Shown one piece after another: positions 1-15,512 of a stretch of 64,000 nt of DNA. The DNA is from Syncephalis fuscata S228. Taxonomy: Eukaryota; Fungi; Zoopagomycota. Position 1 is the stretch's first letter, and each line of letters opens with the position of its first letter. A model generated the notes under the pieces. The model did no database searches and was not told the DNA's origin. It was given only the letters and a program-made list of their open reading frames with translations. The stretch lies in contig JAHLTZ010000004.1 of the NCBI GenBank assembly GCA_025786725.1, positions 496,001-560,000 on the forward strand. Direction: 5' to 3'. A program made the translations under genes and the position numbers.

Positions 1-446
1 ATGTAATTGCTTCGTGCCTACAGTACTTGTTGTCTGAACTATTGTAAAATCACAAACGTGTAATATTTGATAAAACAATCTATCGCCGATAAGCATTGCT
101 ATATATAGACTAAACATCGTAAACTACTATATGCAAATGCAACAAAAATCCAGCAAACATGTTTACAAAAGCAGATTTGGTATGTGCAACTCTGATCGTT
201 ATACTTGTGAAACTGGAATACCAGGAATGACCGTTTTTATACCACGTTTATACCAATTATTTGAGTATTGCGTGTATTTGTTTCAAGTACAGATGCTATG
301 GATGTCCGATTGGTTTCTGTGTGATAATCTATACTATAAAACAAGCAGCATTGCTACCATAGCGAATAGATACTACAACACATTTTACTTTCCAATTGAT
401 TTACTCAGATCAGCAACGATATCTCTGCTATTACCATAACGTAAAC

Positions 447-667
447 ATGCAGGCCTTTAACGTTATCGCCACCGTCTTGCCGTGGTCGCATGCATTTCAA
501 GTAGCCAGGCTAAGCCAGCCATCTTGAATGGTCTAGCTTCACCCACCTTAAGTCTTATATCTCCAGGCGAACCATGCACTCCTAAAGGTGTCAAATGCAC
601 TGCTGGCTACACTTGCACTGCGGACCCCAAGCAATCCAGACACTGGACATGCCAAGAGACAAAATAA
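447..667 (+). CDS. Small secreted cysteine-rich peptide (~73 aa), apparent 1-bp frameshift near 478
   Basis: ATG447 gives MQAFNVIATV. Adding one base at ~478 joins it to AVVACISSSQA-KPAILNG...CTPKGVKCTAGYTCTADPKQSRHWTCQETK*, i.e. a signal peptide plus a 4-Cys C-terminal domain. Confidence 0.5.
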
Positions 668-898
668 CAACCACCGATCAAAACGAATAGAGAGCACACT
701 CTAATAAAGTCTTACTTTTTGATTCTAAATTCTACAAAGTCAATCATTATTCATATACATGTATAACAGTTATAATGACAGTCAATATATTGTCGTGTAT
801 TGTGGAATTAAATCATAGCCAATTCATCAACAACGTAGTGCTTAATTCTTTTATAAACTAGGGAAATAAATCAAATCTATGACCCAAAGATCATGAGA

Positions 899-2120
899 TT
901 AGACGAGTGTGTGCACTGCCTCTGCAATGCTAATCTGTGCCTGCGCCATATTAGCCAAATAGGTGGTCATTAGCTGGTCTTGCAAATGATCATTGAATGC
1001 AGACTCAAATCCAGCCTCGTCAATCTTGGGCACCGAAGCAACAGCATCCATAATACGACGACCTGTCGTAGAGTCAGCCGAGACAGTACCGGCCTATATA
1101 GCCATGATGCCAATATTAGTACATATTACAGGTAATTACTGGGTAAATAATAATTATTGTCCGTACTACACTTACATTCACAGCATCAACATAGGCTGTA
1201 GTGCGATCTACCAATGCCAACACCTTACGAATGGCACGTTCCAAGTTTTCCAAATCAGTGCCCAATGGAGCCGAACGATCTTCTTTGCCACGAGCCAATG
1301 CCAACAAGTCCACTAGTCAACGTATAATTCGTCAATTATTAACGCTGTATTAATTAAAATAATTAAAATAATACTTACAACCACTGCGCTCGGCATCGTT
1401 GGCACGTACTTCACACTGGGTTGGTGTCAATAAAGAACGCTCAGCCTTTTGGGCCAATCCGACTGGTGCACTAAAGTACGCATTAATATTTCATTGTTAT
1501 AACTATCGTTCTTATACAACAATTGTTATAAATTAGCTATTTTACCTAACGAATGCCTTTAAGCCTAGACGATCGGTCGATAGACGTGTATCGAGCAACA
1601 GATGGACAGATGGTAGCTGGGTACACTCGGCCGCATACAACTCTTGTATTTCGGCTGCCTTACTTAATAGCTCATTGCCTGTAGCATACCTAACAAGTCA
1701 ATTAGTGCCGTGAACCTTTCCATATGGCTATATGCCAAATTATAACACACCAGCCAATAACGACTTCCTTCTGGTTAACACGCTGGTGCAGTTCAAACAT
1801 CGAGCGGTGGTAATCCATATCCAATGACAACTAGACACGGGCATTAGACACCACATATTTGACAATACTCGTTTAACTATTAGCTAGTTTACCTTTTTGG
1901 AATTGCTGTCGTATGGCACTGAGAACGCGTTACGTATCTCGATAACACGTCCATCATCTGATCGGACACCTAGCAGAGTGCCAACTACTTGTCGCTGATT
2001 GTCATCGCGGCGTAGATAGTGATCTAGTACCGTGAATAGAACAACAGGACTAACCGTCAGATTTGGCGTAGAGACGGCAGTGGGAAGGGCCAGATTCAAC
2101 GTGATCAAGCTATCGGCCAT
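899..2120 (-). CDS. eIF3f: Eukaryotic translation initiation factor 3 subunit F (MPN domain), multi-exon
   Basis: TVSPVVLFTVLDHYLRR..VVGTLLGVRSDDG..IEIRNAFSVP; C-terminal HLQDQLMTTYLANMAQAQISIAE; GT-AG introns. Confidence 0.9.
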
Positions 2121-2216
2121 AATGAATAAACAGACAAATGGCAAAAAAAACTCTTACTGTGTAGAAAGAAAAAAGGCGTAGTGTTAGTGGCAGTGTGGAG
2201 GAGTTGATATGATTGT

Positions 2217-2236
2217 TGTGTGTGTGTGTGTGTGTG
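2217..2236. repeat. (GT)n microsatellite
   Basis: Run of gt dinucleotides upstream of eIF3f. Confidence 0.9.
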
Positions 2237-2361
2237 GCATAACCAAAGATTGATTTACATAGAATTAAAAATTAAAAATAGATAATACACACACATTCAC
2301 ATCATATCAAATATTCATATCTATCTATGGCTAGTAAATGTATGGAAAATGATAGATTTAT

Positions 2362-4165
<1,804 letters not shown>

Positions 4166-4436
4166 TTTCAATAAACAGACACACACAAGCACGCGTACAA
4201 CAGTAGATGGCACAAGATGACAGGATAAAGTAAGTAGTAAAGAGGGTGGAAGAGGAATAACAACCGAGATGTGTTGAATGTGTGGTATCAGAATCTATTA
4301 AATTATTACGTCACTTAATAGTTGATTACTATTATTATTATTATGTTATTAATGTTATTTGCATTATTATTGAAAATATTTATAATTATATTCATATTTA
4401 TTATTACGACTACTTCAATCTATTGTCAAGATTGAG

Positions 4437-6164
4437 TTATTTGGCCAATCGTTGTTTTTCCATGCATCCATGGCTGTAAAACAGTAGGAATCCGTATACG
4501 GCCATCGGCCATTTGATGTGTCTCTAATAGAGCAATAATAATTCTGGGTATGGCACAGGCCGTACCATTAAGCGTATGAGCAAATACAGGCTTTTCACGC
4601 TGATGTGACCGCCAACGAATATCGAGTCGTCTAGCTTGATAATCGGTACAATTAGAAGCGCTAGTTACCTATTCATAATACTTGTGTAAGCGCAACTTAA
4701 TGATACTAGCAATGAATTACCTCGCCCCAATCATTGCGACCTGGCATCCATGCTTCAATATCGTATTTGCGATAAGCACTGGCGCCGAGTTCCTCAGTTG
4801 GCATATCTAGTACACTAAATAGAAATATTAAGTACCTATTACTATGCAATAATACCATTATTGCTATTACCGATAACTTAATCCCAGCTCATTCAATAGC
4901 GTTTCTTGCGTAAGACGTAGTTTCTCCAATACTGCATCACTGGCATCCGGTGGACAAACGGCAAACATTTCAACCTTGCTAAACTGATGAACTCGGTAAA
5001 GTCCACGGTTCTCGCGGCCACGCCCACCAGCTTCAGCGCGGAAACAACGGCCAAAAGCAACGACCCACTGCGGTCGATCAAGGATTTTGCCGGCGAATAG
5101 ACCGGCCAGTGGGATTTCTGCTGTACCTGATAAACAAAGCGAACTATCCATACTTTTATCGCCATTATCCGGTGCCACGCCATATGATTGACTTGCTTCG
5201 CCGTCTCTAGGTTGAAAGCCGCATGCATTGGCCACTTCAGTCCTCACAACATCTGGTGTTATTACCGGAGTGAAGCCAAGTGCCATACACCTTGATATGG
5301 CCCATTGAATAAGTGCAATTCTAGCAGTGCTGCTTCGTTACGTAAATAATAAAAGCTAGCGCCGCTTACTAATGCCGCTGACTCAAAGTCAAATAAGTCC
5401 CAACGCTGTCCTAATGCTACATGGTCAAGCCATGGACCTTGAAATGCTCCAGCATTCTTGTCTTCGGCCGTTTGTTTTTTAGATTGCTCAACAATTTTGA
5501 CAATACGTGCATTTGTTTCCGATCCAATAGGTGTATCAGGATGTGTATCGTTGGGAATACGTGTGGCAATTGACATAACCGTTGTATCGGCCTTCTGCAT
5601 TGCCGATTCCAATTGTGCTATTTCTTCTTTAACTTGACGTCCTTGCACCTCCAAACTATGAGCTGTCATTTCTTGTTCGCTAGGTGCAGATGATGTTTTT
5701 TTCGATTGCATTAATTTTTTCATGCTGTTTGACAGCTCATTACGTTTTGCTCTTAAGCTATTTAATGTTTTACCCAACGATAGCCAATGATCATAGGTTG
5801 TGCTGAATGTCTCCACATCAATGGCTGGCGCATTACGCTGTCTAGCATTAGCCGTGATCTGATCGATGCGTTCACGCATAGTGCGCAAGTCAAGACGCAT
5901 TTTAAATAGTCTATGTCCGGCTGCATTGGTGTCAGCTGAAGTGTTAGTCTCTTTTGAAGGGCCCTGATTCGCTGAACTATTGCTTGCTATTGCGCTAGTT
6001 GTTAATAAACTACGCCGTGACCATTGTTGTAACTCTATTGTGTTTTGCGTTAATCGGCAATACCTATTTAATTGCCAGCCATTTCTTGTACTAGTAGGAA
6101 TTGCCCATTGTCTACTACCGACGACCCAATGTCGCGTTGCATTGAAAACGCTCACTGTTTGCAT
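4437..6164 (-). CDS. Seryl-tRNA synthetase, probably mitochondrial (1-bp frameshift near 5316)
   Basis: GTAEIPL, FRAEAG...[35 protein letters not shown]; Arg/Ser-rich N-terminal presequence; two overlapping ORFs joined by one missing base. Confidence 0.92.
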
Positions 6165-6273
6165 AACAAGAGTAGTGCAATAAGATAAAATACCGTAAAG
6201 ACAAAGGAAAACAAAAACAAAAATTATAATATTAAATTAATATTAATAATTTTCATTAATGATTATACTTAAC

Positions 6274-7110
6274 AATATTTTATTTTACTGAATTACACAT
6301 TCTTTCTATTGAACATAGAGCTGGGTGGCGAGTGAAATGATTGTCAAAATAATCATTATCATAGATTTATTATCTTGTATGCATATATTATTGTATTATA
6401 AAACCATATTATTGTTATATTTTATCTCTAGATAGGTAGTAACGAATATAGGCAATGCAATAATTGTGTTGGCAATTGTGCACATATAGCAACGCGGACT
6501 ACTACTATCGATCTTGTACATACTGTTGCCAGCACGACTTGTAATGGTATACGTAGTAGACAAGGCACACTGTAAAAACTCATAACGTATATTTGATCAT
6601 AAATCAGTATTAAAACAGACATGTATTACTTATGTTAATAAATATGCAAATAACAATAATCAGAGTGAAAAGGTGAATAGCAAAAGAGCAGATTATAAAA
6701 GAGCAATGCAAGTACATAGTGTAAATAGTGTTTGTACTCAACTAGTAGTCAGTCAACTACTCACAATATCTAATTAGTATATATGAAGTGTACAAGTATA
6801 TGCTATGTATATATGATATCAAGTGTGAAGAAAGAGAAAGGGGAATGCGATGACGTAGATTGTGAGATGTGATCCCTGTCAGTCAATATTTATAAACAGC
6901 CAAGTTTAATTCATTAATAAATGGAGTGTAATAATAAAAGTTAATCTGCCCAACATGTCGTACATCATAGAACAACAAGTAAAGCAATAGTGTATTAAGA
7001 ATAAAAGTCATTTAGCATTAAAAACTACTCATTATTATAGAACATAAATTCAATATAATAGCAAGTATAATAAAAGCTCAATTAAAAGAATAAGTTATTT
7101 TGCCTCCAAA
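6274..7110 (-). repeat. Block X copy 1 (~830 bp), inverted near-identical copy of 30300-31139
   Basis: Reverse complement matches 30300-31139 almost base for base; the same 64-aa ORF appears at 6428-6622(-) and 30791-30985(+). Confidence 0.95.
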
Positions 7111-7269
7111 ACTAAGCTATTAATTAATGTTACTTATTCGTAATTAGTATAATTTAATAGCTTTACTATTATTATTTATTGTATATTCTTCGTATGACCC
7201 GAAAATTTAAACGTGGTCACGCTATGGCGTCTATTGCAAAGCACGACAAATATTAAACAGCAGCACATT

Positions 7270-9405
7270 TTAAAGGAACGACCATATAGTTCCAGTCACG
7301 GCACAGAACGCACTAAACATCAATAGTACTGTATCTATAATGCGCCAAACACCACGACGACCAAATATCTTCCAATGGCAAAAAACTGGGAAAATAACAC
7401 AAAGACTAAACGCATTAAAGCTGCCTACAAGCGACATGACACGATGAAACCCAGGAAATACAACAGCAATGAAACAAACAAGCGTTGATAGCGCAGATCT
7501 TAAGACCAAACGACGTGGGCGTGTCAGTTGGGCGGGTTTAAAGCAGCGTAGTTCAATAATTGAGATAACAGGATTAAGTCCAAGAGCAAACTTGCTAATA
7601 GGAATAAGTAGAAACATGTAAAGTGTAGCCATAGTTAATAGTTTAGGATAACCGGGAACTTTGGCCAAATTTTGCGTAATCTAATTATTTAAGTAAGTAT
7701 GAAGGCCGCCATGTTCAATATAGCTTACTTACCTCCTGCAATGCCCCATCCCCAAACATCAAATAACCAGCAAGTGCCATAGTGATGTAAGTTGACAGTG
7801 TGAACATATAAGCAATATTGGCCATTTTACCAAATTTACGTGGCTGGCTCATATCACGATAAAGATTTGGGAGTACGGGATGTCCAGCAAATCCAACCAT
7901 CAATAAACCAAAGCTGAGCGGTAGTTGTGACCAATCGGTAGGCAATGCATTGATGGTAGCCCATTGCCACAAAGAGCCAGGTGATGTTGATTTTGATAGG
8001 CCATCAAGTACAACGACCACAGTTAGCATCATGGTACTAGCTACACCTAGTACACTGCCATAAGCAAGCAAGCGTAGAGCCAACCAAGTTGTTGGTGTAA
8101 GTAAGGCCCAAGCAATCAATTTAGGCAGCTGTGGAACTGAGCTATTGGCCAGCTCAGGTCGAATAGCTACCAGCGAGTCCGATAGTACAATGACCACAGC
8201 CACACTCACTGCAACCAGTTCAATGACTAGCATGAATGTAAGTAGGTGGCGACCGGCTGCACCAAATGCCGCTTGTCCAATATCCGCATAGGTTATAAGT
8301 GTGCTATCAGATGAAAGACATTTTTTAATAAGACCTGCCGTATACCGAGTGGTTAATGCAACCAAAACAAGCATACTTAGGCCTAACAACCACCCAGTAA
8401 TTTGGAATGCTAGCGGCAAAGATAATACAGCAATGCCCATAAGTAAATTAACTGCATTAAATACAGATTGTGAAAAACTGCTATGGACGGGGGCTGGCTC
8501 AGCCGTAACTTGCAATGTTGAGTGTGGTTTCTCCGAGTGGATGCCAATGGTTACTGCCGTGTTAGTATTTGGTGTTGCACCATAATTGGTGCTATTGTAA
8601 GAAGCTATTTTACGATGTGGATCGTTTTTCGCCATCAGTGGAATATGTTCCTCAGCAATAGATTTATCATCCATTGCATCGATTCGGCTTGTCATTGTAC
8701 TAAGAAGTAATACTTCTGATGCTTCATTAATACTACTATTGTGGCTTGGTAGTCGCATAAGCTGTGAACTTGAGTGATCGAAATTCACGCCTACATCATA
8801 GTGAGATCCCAACGAACCGACAGGTAATGAACCACTATTTATCGATTCATTAGCGGTAATAATAACAAATTGATTATATTAGTTAGCGTTATGCTATTGC
8901 TATGATTGTTGTTATAGCAACCTTAGTATGCTACTTACATAATAGGCGCACCCTGAGCAGGAGACGAGGCGATCCACAAGCCACCCGGTGTGGGATACTC
9001 AAATGAATGATTATTGCTGATGTAACTACGTACCACGCTAATTACGGATGCGCCACTCGACCGTCCCCCATGCCGTCTATTCTCTTGGTAGTTGACACTG
9101 TTATTTTCATGCTCATCACCACTTAAATCATTGCTTATATTTGAGTTGATAGTATTACTGTCTTCTTCGTCACTAGAGGCTGAATAGCCAAAACCGGCTC
9201 TGTTCATAGGTATTTGTTCTTCGTCATGCCCTGTGGCCGTTGATTCAAACAAACGGAATCCAGGCCTGTAATTAGAATGACGATCTTGACCTACTATCGC
9301 TTGCACCCCTTCATTTGTATTTATTTCCTCTTGGTATTCAGATGGACATCTAGAAGAGCCGACGACAGTAGTGCCAGCAGTAGAGGATGACGATGATTTT
9401 TCCAT
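7270..9405 (-). CDS. Vacuolar amino-acid transporter (AVT1-like, Aa_trans/AAAP family), paralogue A, 3 exons
   Basis: SSFSQSVFNAVNLLMGIAVLSLPLAF, TYADIGQAAFG, GFAGHPVLPNLYRDM, FPGFHRVMSLVGS; long acidic N-terminal tail. Confidence 0.92.
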
Positions 9406-9982
9406 GAGATAAACACTATAAAAATGGCTTGTGCTGACTATGGTTCGTTGTTGCTTGAAACTATTTATCTATAATAAATAGATAAACAATAATATCTTTT
9501 TAATCACAAACAATAAATGAAAGCAATATCAATTAAAACAGATAAAGGAAATGGACAACGCGTGTTTACACACGCTTATACATACACACACAAATAAGCA
9601 AACAAGTAGGTAACGGCAAAGCACTACAGAAAAAATAAAAAAATAAAGAGAGGAGAACGAAGGTGAAAAAACGCCGATAAACACGCAGAAAATGATAGGA
9701 GAATGTCTGTGCAATGTTGATATATATGCAAGTGTTTAGTGCGGCAATAATAGCAAAAGCGGCGATAGCAGTAAAGGCGGTCACATTGATGCTTGGGCAC
9801 TCAAGGTTCTTTGTCGAAAAAAACGGATATAAAATGAGGCACTGAACATAAATGGTCCACGAATTGCTGTACGAGTGATGACGCATTTGCACGCGTATAT
9901 ACGTAATACTAGCAATAATGGTAGAATAAATTAGGACGAGAAAAGGGCAGACATTTCGTTGTTGTGTATGTTTGTGCAGGGG

Positions 9983-10956
9983 ACCAATCCCAGCCAAGCC
10001 GACCAACTTTGCGGTCACTGAAAAACAGCGTCTCCTCCAATGGCTGTTCACGCTGACCTCGTGTCTATAGCAATTATCATTAGATCGCTACGTCATGTGC
10101 AACAGAGTGACCACTTCTTGCAGCTGAATTAGCTAGCTACCCTCTCAGTGGTTTTTATTATGCATGGCGCTTGCCATGGCTATAATAAATACTAATTTCA
10201 ACAATTAAATAGTAATTTGACCCAATTGTTTAAACTTTATTATTGTTACTATTATTGAACGCTTAATATTCAATCTATTTATATAGTGGTAATAGTAACA
10301 TTTAATGCACTGTTTATTCAAATATACACTATTTGATTTACTCTGAGAAGTTTTGTATTATTACTGTTGTTCAGGTTGCAGGATATATCGCAGTTGCTAT
10401 GACGATATTGTTTTTGCATTGTATATAGCTTTGGCTGTTTAATAGCATTCACATAGAATATGGTCTAATCCTATAAGACAGCCAATATGATGGTTACACA
10501 GCTAAAGAGTATTTTATCATGCACACAAATTATGACAACCATTAACCGACCCAAAACAGCCATCATTATTAACAGTACAGGTTTGCTGATTAATGCGAAT
10601 AGCTAGTTATTGTATTCGACCAATTGATCTGCTCGTAAAAGGTTTCTGCTTAGTTGTTGTTGTCTATTAACAAAGTTGTAGCTATTTTGTAAAGTGTTTA
10701 CGTGGCAATTTAATACTACCTCAACTAGTTTTATTTTCGCAGGCAAGGCGTCATAGAGGTACGTTTAACTATTGTGTGCTATTTGTAAATTAAAGATATT
10801 TACTGTTTGCTTCCACATGCTGAATATTAATTAATTAAAAACAATCTATTAATTTTTAGTATAATCTGGTGCTAAATGACTATATTTGATAATATTTGCG
10901 CAATTAAACCACACATTCGTTCTATTAGGCATGAAACTGAATGATGCTAGATACTA
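9983..10956 (-). repeat. Block Y copy 1 (~975 bp, non-coding), inverted near-identical copy of 31195-32168
   Basis: Direct reverse-complement comparison; only a couple of mismatches seen. Confidence 0.95.
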
Positions 10957-11663
10957 ATGGTCAAAATATTTGTTATATAAATTTATTAACTACAAAGTAA
11001 ATTTTTTTACTTGATTTACTGTCATACACGCTATAGCTTTATTGTTGATATTTACGCACTTTTACTTGTTTGCTCATGGCGTTTTATATTATGTTGTATT
11101 TATTGGCTATTAAATGCATTTTAGAATAAAAAAATGAAATGATTATCATTCGTTATGTTATACTCTTTATGATTAGCGTGATGCTCACATATAATTTCAT
11201 TTGATTAAAAATTAGTATATGGTACAAATACTGCGGTGTTTGGGTAGATGCGCTATTAGATTGAGCAATATCCAACAAATGATAAAACCAAGAAAGAAAC
11301 AGAATATTTAGAGTCTGTCAATAGCCTTGTTCAGATAATTTATAAATCTTTGATGTAATCATACATAGCTGTTGATCTACAATAAAGTACACATTAACAT
11401 AAATTATAGTTAAACCGCAATTTGGTTGCAACATAAAATAAACTGTAAATAATAATTAATTTATTATTGCATATTAACAGCAGCAAAAAGGTATTATCCT
11501 TTGGAATAACTGGGGTAAATCATACCTGTGTTTTGATATGCTTTTAATTATATCAAAAAATACAGAGTGTCGTGGTGCGTGCGCAATTGGTATGCAATGT
11601 TAATTGGCTGTACATTAAATAGCTATTTAATTGATTGTATTTAAACATTTAGATAAATAATGT

Positions 11664-12151
11664 AACATACTATTTGATTTTTTTGAAACATTTAGAGCCA
11701 ATTATTATTGTTGTAGGTGGCCATGTGTAGAAAAATTGATTGAATATTAATAGAAACCATATGATGGCAATTCTATGTCATTCAGCATTTGTTGTTATTG
11801 TATCTAAATGGTCTCTTCTATTTTCTAATATTCTACTATTGCATTATGAGCATATCTGTGATGCAAGACTAAAACTAATATAATTATTATAAAAGTTGTT
11901 TATTAAACAGCCACTTCTTCTATAGCCAATCCGACTAAATAAATGGCATTTTGAACAATTAATATTATAATGACAATATATATGTATATATTAAAACAAT
12001 AATAAAGATAACTAATTAATTACATTATTATATAATAATTACACATGAATTAATTAATGTTGGATGCAACATTATACATGGAATAGTGATGGATAGGTGT
12101 TTAGTTGTGTCTAAAAGTATCAAGAAAATGAAGTGAAACGAGTAAATAAAA
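11664..12151 (+). repeat. ~490-bp direct repeat, copy 1 (left border of CRN island)
   Basis: aacatactatttgattttt...gagtaaataaaa is near-identical to 19578-20062. Confidence 0.95.
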
Positions 12152-13041
12152 TAAAGAGGACTTGGACCTGTCTGTCCACTGGCTGGACGAGTTGGTAGGT
12201 CAAAACGAGATAGCAATCACTGTAGGGAGGACATGGAACAATCAAGACTAAAAGGCAGATGACGTCCAGTAAATCACTATCCTTTGCTTTCCAAAATCTA
12301 ATGATTCAATGACATGGTCGCTAACTATGAGTAAAATGACGCAATCCTAAGTATAGTGGCTGTGCATTGTGACAAACCAGCAATTTCAATAGAATCTTCT
12401 CTTTCCTCCCCATCCAGTGACAGGATTGACAGAGATCTGCAGCAAAACTTTTCCTTCAAGTCGCGTTTCGTCATACACGGCTCTTTCCTCTTTCCGTTTC
12501 TCGTCTCATCCACCTTCACACGCCGTCAACTTCTGTCCCTCATTCACACGCTGTCAGTTTATGTCACCTCATCTCATCCTCACTCCTGTTGGTCTCTTCG
12601 ATTCCGCTAGTATGTTTGGGGCTGCTGGCATTTTCCTATTAATTCTGCACAATACCTCCCGAAAGGACCACGAAACGCACTAAAAAAGCGTCTTGTACAA
12701 TCCAAGATAAGCTTATCCCGACAGCAATAGACGTCTTTTCTCTCCGCCCCATACACCTTCTATCTGCTCTGCACCTATTGTGACATCTGCAAGACGTCAA
12801 AAAGAGAACTATGAGCCGTCTCATGTCTCACATGCCTCTCTGCTTGTCATTGCTGTCAGGCTGGCGCATCATGAGCCTACGTGACTCTTGTCGTCCTCTC
12901 ACTTCTTTATCTCTTGCTTGCTTTCTCTTATTCAGCCTTTTCGTTCTTACTCTACTACTACGTAACCTCAACATTGCCTTTAACCTTGTTTCTTTCTGTG
13001 TTACAAATCAAGATTAGCCAGTCTCAGTAGCACCTGAAGTA

Positions 13042-15512
13042 ATGTCGACCGTCTGGGTCAAGCTTCTTCAAGCTGCACCGAACAGTTCACGCTTTACGGA
13101 GCTGGGCATTGACCAAGTCCTAGTCGAAAGCAAGATTCCTAACCAAGAATCCGATGTCGCCGACCTTCGCAAAACACTTATCACTGATGTTGCTTTCAGA
13201 AACAAGCTTGATGGCATAGCCTCGTCTGACCTAAAAGTCTACAAGAATGAGGCCGACGCCGGCGATCCGGGAAAGGCCATCAAGCTGAGCAAGAAACTCA
13301 GCGAGCTTGTCGATGGCAATAGCGACGACAACCCGCTGATCGTTGTAGTACCACCACCTCCCAGTAAGTAGTGCAGGCGCGATATTGCCAGGTTACTAGT
13401 TATAAATGTTATCAGGTCTTCTCACACTTTATCCCATTTTTCCTACAGACAGTCCTTTACTTAAACGAAAAGGCGATTTTCTTGACGAAAAATCAGTATC
13501 TCGCCTGAAACAAGAATATGAACATGTGTACACTTTTACTACTTCAAACAGTAAGTTATTTTGGCTGTTGTTGTTAGTGGTGTGGTCTGTACTGGATGTG
13601 AATTTGTCTAACCCGCTGGTTTTTTACAGGGCCGCGTCACTTTGAGCACACTAATGAAGTATACCGGAGTATAACTTCTATATTGACCCAGACAAGTCCA
13701 GGAATTTGGAGAGACCTCCTCAAGCGCAGGTTTTTCTCTACGATGGTCACCGCCAGAGTGGCAAATCCACCTTTTGTCAGGCGCTATTACGGTGGTTTGA
13801 CGAGCATCCAAATAAGTTTCTGGAGATTACTGGTAGCCCCGGGAAAATTTCGAGATACCTCGTAACTTTAATGGTAGCATTAGATCAACCAAACAAGCCA
13901 AGCGTTCTGGGAGTCCATATGCATGGTCTTTTGTGCCGCCGACAACATCCGGTTCAACCTTGATTCTAAAGCCAATGTGAATTCAGCAACGTTCAAGCAT
14001 TTCTTTTCAAAGAGGCTCCATCCAAAGAAGATGATTCTCATCATTGACGAAGTTTCGTATCTGGCTAGTCTGGGCGACGGAGACCGGAATAGCAAGCAAT
14101 TTGCAGACATGTTCATCAGCGCCCTGAGAGCCCTTAAAGATGACCGCACCAACTTTAATCTATTTTCTCTTGCGTTTGTTGGCACCTCCAAAATTAGACA
14201 GCTTCTTATTCCCCACCAAGAACCTGGTTTATCAAGCCGTATTTCACCGTTTTCAGATGAGGGAGGACGACATTTTGGGGCCGACCAGTTTACCAAAGAA
14301 GAGGTTCAAAATCTCATGTTCCAGTATGCCAAACATGTGCCTGGATTTGACGCAACCGGTATCGGAGAAATATCTACGACCTACCTCTGGCCACAAAGGT
14401 TTGTCGGCGTTTGTGGCTGTTTTATTGAAAAAAGAAAAGAAATCCCATCCTTACTGTTGACGATTGGAAAATAATATTCAATTGGCAGGCCTTGTGCGAA
14501 GACGGAACATTATGACTCCATAATTCGGGCTCTTAAGCACCTCACAGAAAGGGCCAAATCTATCCTCATTAAAGTCCTTTATAATAAGACCGCTGAGGTC
14601 GAGGTAAGTTGACGATCTTGACTTTCATGTTTTAATTGTCAATTCGTCGTTCTTATTTACTTACTGATCGATTAATTTCATAGACGAGGAATTTCGCTAC
14701 AAAGTACCTTGTCTCGGAGGGAATGATTGTTCTTGTAGACCTAGCTGAAGATGGGCTTACAGCTACAGCCAAGTGCAGTGCGTCTATTCTTCGCAGTTTG
14801 ATGCTGGAAACAATGAGTATACAAGAAATCGAGCTATCTGAAGGGCCACCGAACGTGGATGAACTTGACCCTCGGTGGTTGTTGAAACATATAATTAAGG
14901 TGAGTGTTGTATATATAGTATAAAGCTCATTGGCAATGGATTGATATTGACATTTGTTTGGTCAATTCCTATTCATACAGAACCTGTCTATTCAGCGTCT
15001 TTGGACTAGGCAATCCTTGAACGCTGGCGGATTTCCGTCAGACTATGCGTTTCAAGCCGAGTTTGGCATTATCCTTAACAGTCTGCTCCCAGAGCGTACT
15101 CAGGATTAGGCTACAGAGCCTTCCTGGAAGTCAAGGATCGCGGCCAAGACAATGGAAGACTAGACATTCTCGTACATAATGGCCGCAACAGACCTAAATA
15201 CGGCTTCAAATTGATGGTTGATGCGACCGAAGCGGTATTTGATGAGCAATGTCGTCGTGCCGAAAAATACGCCCAAACTTACGGCTGTGCTGCGGTGTAT
15301 GTAATTAATCTATGTCCCAGCTCCAGTGAACAGCTAGGCTACTTTGGAAGCAAGTATGACAAAGTGGTCCCAGTGGTCGTGGCTATTGATCACGAAGGAT
15401 ATGAAGGTACGATAATTACGACGAGAATGATAATGATAGCATAGAGATTGTACGTCAAAATTGGGATATTGCATTTAGGGATATCGGACGAGTTATGTCT
15501 AGCTCTTCTTAA
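13042..15512 (+). pseudogene. Crinkler (CRN/CR-effector)-like gene: ubiquitin-like header + P-loop NTPase + PD-(D/E)xK REase-like domain; multiple frameshifts (pseudogene or uncorrected errors)
   Basis: Header DVADLRKTL..LDGIASSDLKVYKN..NPLIVVVPPPP; Walker A GHRQSGKST; Walker B ILIIDE; TSGHKGL; C-terminal GRLDILVHNG..YGFKLMV..QCRRAEKYA. Introns at ~13364-13448, 13551-13629, ~14604-14682 and ~14901-14980. Confidence 0.8.

Noticed and set aside
5300-5325. Programmed frameshifting or pseudogenisation in SerRS (also ALDH ~56577, Hv1 ~57229, receptor-like gene ~36268, peptide ~478)
   Set aside because: All are single missing bases in otherwise intact genes, with no shared slippery motif; systematic sequencing deletion errors are the simpler explanation.
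6428-6622. Identical 64-aa ORF in two places suggesting a conserved gene
   Set aside because: Identity simply reflects the recent DNA duplication of block X; no recognisable protein features.
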